Below, piece after piece: positions 63,637 through 64,000 of a DNA stretch of 64,000 nt. The DNA comes from Clostridia bacterium (lineage in GTDB: Bacteria > Bacillota > Clostridia > Oscillospirales > CAG-272): positions 29,012 through 93,011 of the forward strand of contig JAFQOX010000128.1 of assembly GCA_017412045.1 (NCBI GenBank). Direction: 5' to 3'. The notes under the pieces were generated by a model. That model saw nothing but the letters and a program-made list of their open reading frames with translations. It was not told the DNA's origin and did no database searches. Position numbers and translations under genes: made by a program. Position 1 is the stretch's first letter, and the number at the start of each line of letters is the position of its first letter.

Positions 63637-64000
63637 TCAGATCATTCCCAAAGCTTTTTTGATAATTTCTTTTTCCGAAAACGAATGCTTTCCGTTTTGG
63701 TCGATGGCGTAATTTTCGTGACCCTTTCCCGCCAGAAGCAGGATCTCGCCTGCTTCGGCTTGCGCCAGCGCGCGCAGGATGGCTTCCCTTCGATCGGGAA
63801 TGCGAAGATGATTCTCTTTGCGCATTCCTTTTTCAACGTCGTCAAGGATGGCTTCGGGCGGTTCGTTGCGGGGGTTGTCGCCGGTCAGAATGACGAGGTC
63901 CGCGACGGCTTCCGCGATCGCGCCCATTTGGGGGCGTTTCCCCCGATCCCGATTGCCGCCGGCGCCGAACAGCACGGTTAATTTATGCGTGAACGGTCTC
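63637..64000 (-). CDS. murE: C-terminal part of UDP-N-acetylmuramoyl-L-alanyl-D-glutamate--2,6-diaminopimelate ligase (continues beyond the window)
   Basis: 'FGAGGNRDRGKRPQMG...LTGDNPRNE...AGKGHENY' Mur ligase C-terminal domain including a DNPR-type motif. Confidence 0.9.
   Translation of the reverse strand, partial: RPFTHKLTVLFGAGGNRDRGKRPQMGAIAEAVADLVILTGDNPRNEPPEAILDDVEKGMRKENHLRIPDRREAILRALAQAEAGEILLLAGKGHENYAIDQNGKHSFSEKEIIKKALGMI

Noticed and set aside
1-64000. Whole-window scan for CRISPR arrays, IS or transposase genes, reverse transcriptases (retron, DGR or group II intron), toxin-antitoxin pairs, restriction-modification or other defence modules, rRNA, tmRNA, RNase P and SRP RNA.
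   Set aside because: There are no regularly spaced direct repeats. No ORF carries DDE, RT, PIN, HEPN or methyltransferase (other than PrmC) signatures. No intergenic region contains the conserved cores I know for RNase P (GAGGAAAGUCC), tmRNA (T-arm plus ...CCACCA end) or SRP RNA (GGAAGCAGCC-type domain IV). This was checked by eye only, so covariance-model scans could still find small RNAs.

Overview
The window reads as mostly core chromosome of a sporulating, moderately GC-rich Clostridia-type Firmicute. The taxon is an inference from gene content (cwlD, ytfJ/GerW, DUF2953, spoVE/ftsW, sepF/divIVA) and from sigma-A-type promoters. I support about 70 protein genes, one tRNA-Glu, many intrinsic terminators and several near-consensus TTGACA-N17-TATAAT promoters.

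The housekeeping blocks are:
- **Translation and secretion:** rpsP, a KH-domain protein, ffh and ylxM; secG; DUF1385, prmC and ridA; prfB.
- **tRNA and rRNA modification:** rluD, an RluB-family synthase, miaA and queA.
- **Metabolism:** ilvE and gpmI.
- **Envelope and division:** lspA, a DivIVA-domain protein, sepF and yggS, plus a minus-strand dcw cluster (murE', murF, mraY, ftsW, murG, ftsQ, ftsZ).
- **Proteolysis, segregation and sporulation:** lon, engB, an M50 protease, scpA, scpB, DUF2953, ytfJ and an S11 carboxypeptidase.
- **SOS:** lexA.

I found no CRISPR array, transposase, reverse transcriptase, phage module or recognisable defence system. I cannot point to a clear novel multi-gene system.

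The parts that most deserve a second look are:
1. A strongly promoted, self-contained gene for an 850-aa secreted SGNH-like protein with two internal tandem repeats (37.7-40.6 kb).
2. The largest noncoding gap (45.66-46.32 kb). It holds a GC-rich, hairpin-dense element of about 300 nt next to a low-GC XRE-TPR regulator, followed by two operator-like palindromes in front of lon.
3. A TauE/SafE::polyprenol-kinase-like fusion gene in an HD-esterase operon.
4. A lipid-anchored trigger-factor-like protein sitting where tig-clpPX normally precedes lon-engB.
5. A low-GC islet beside tRNA-Glu.

All GC and composition statements are by eye, not computed. All family assignments come from motifs I recognise in the translations, not from searches.
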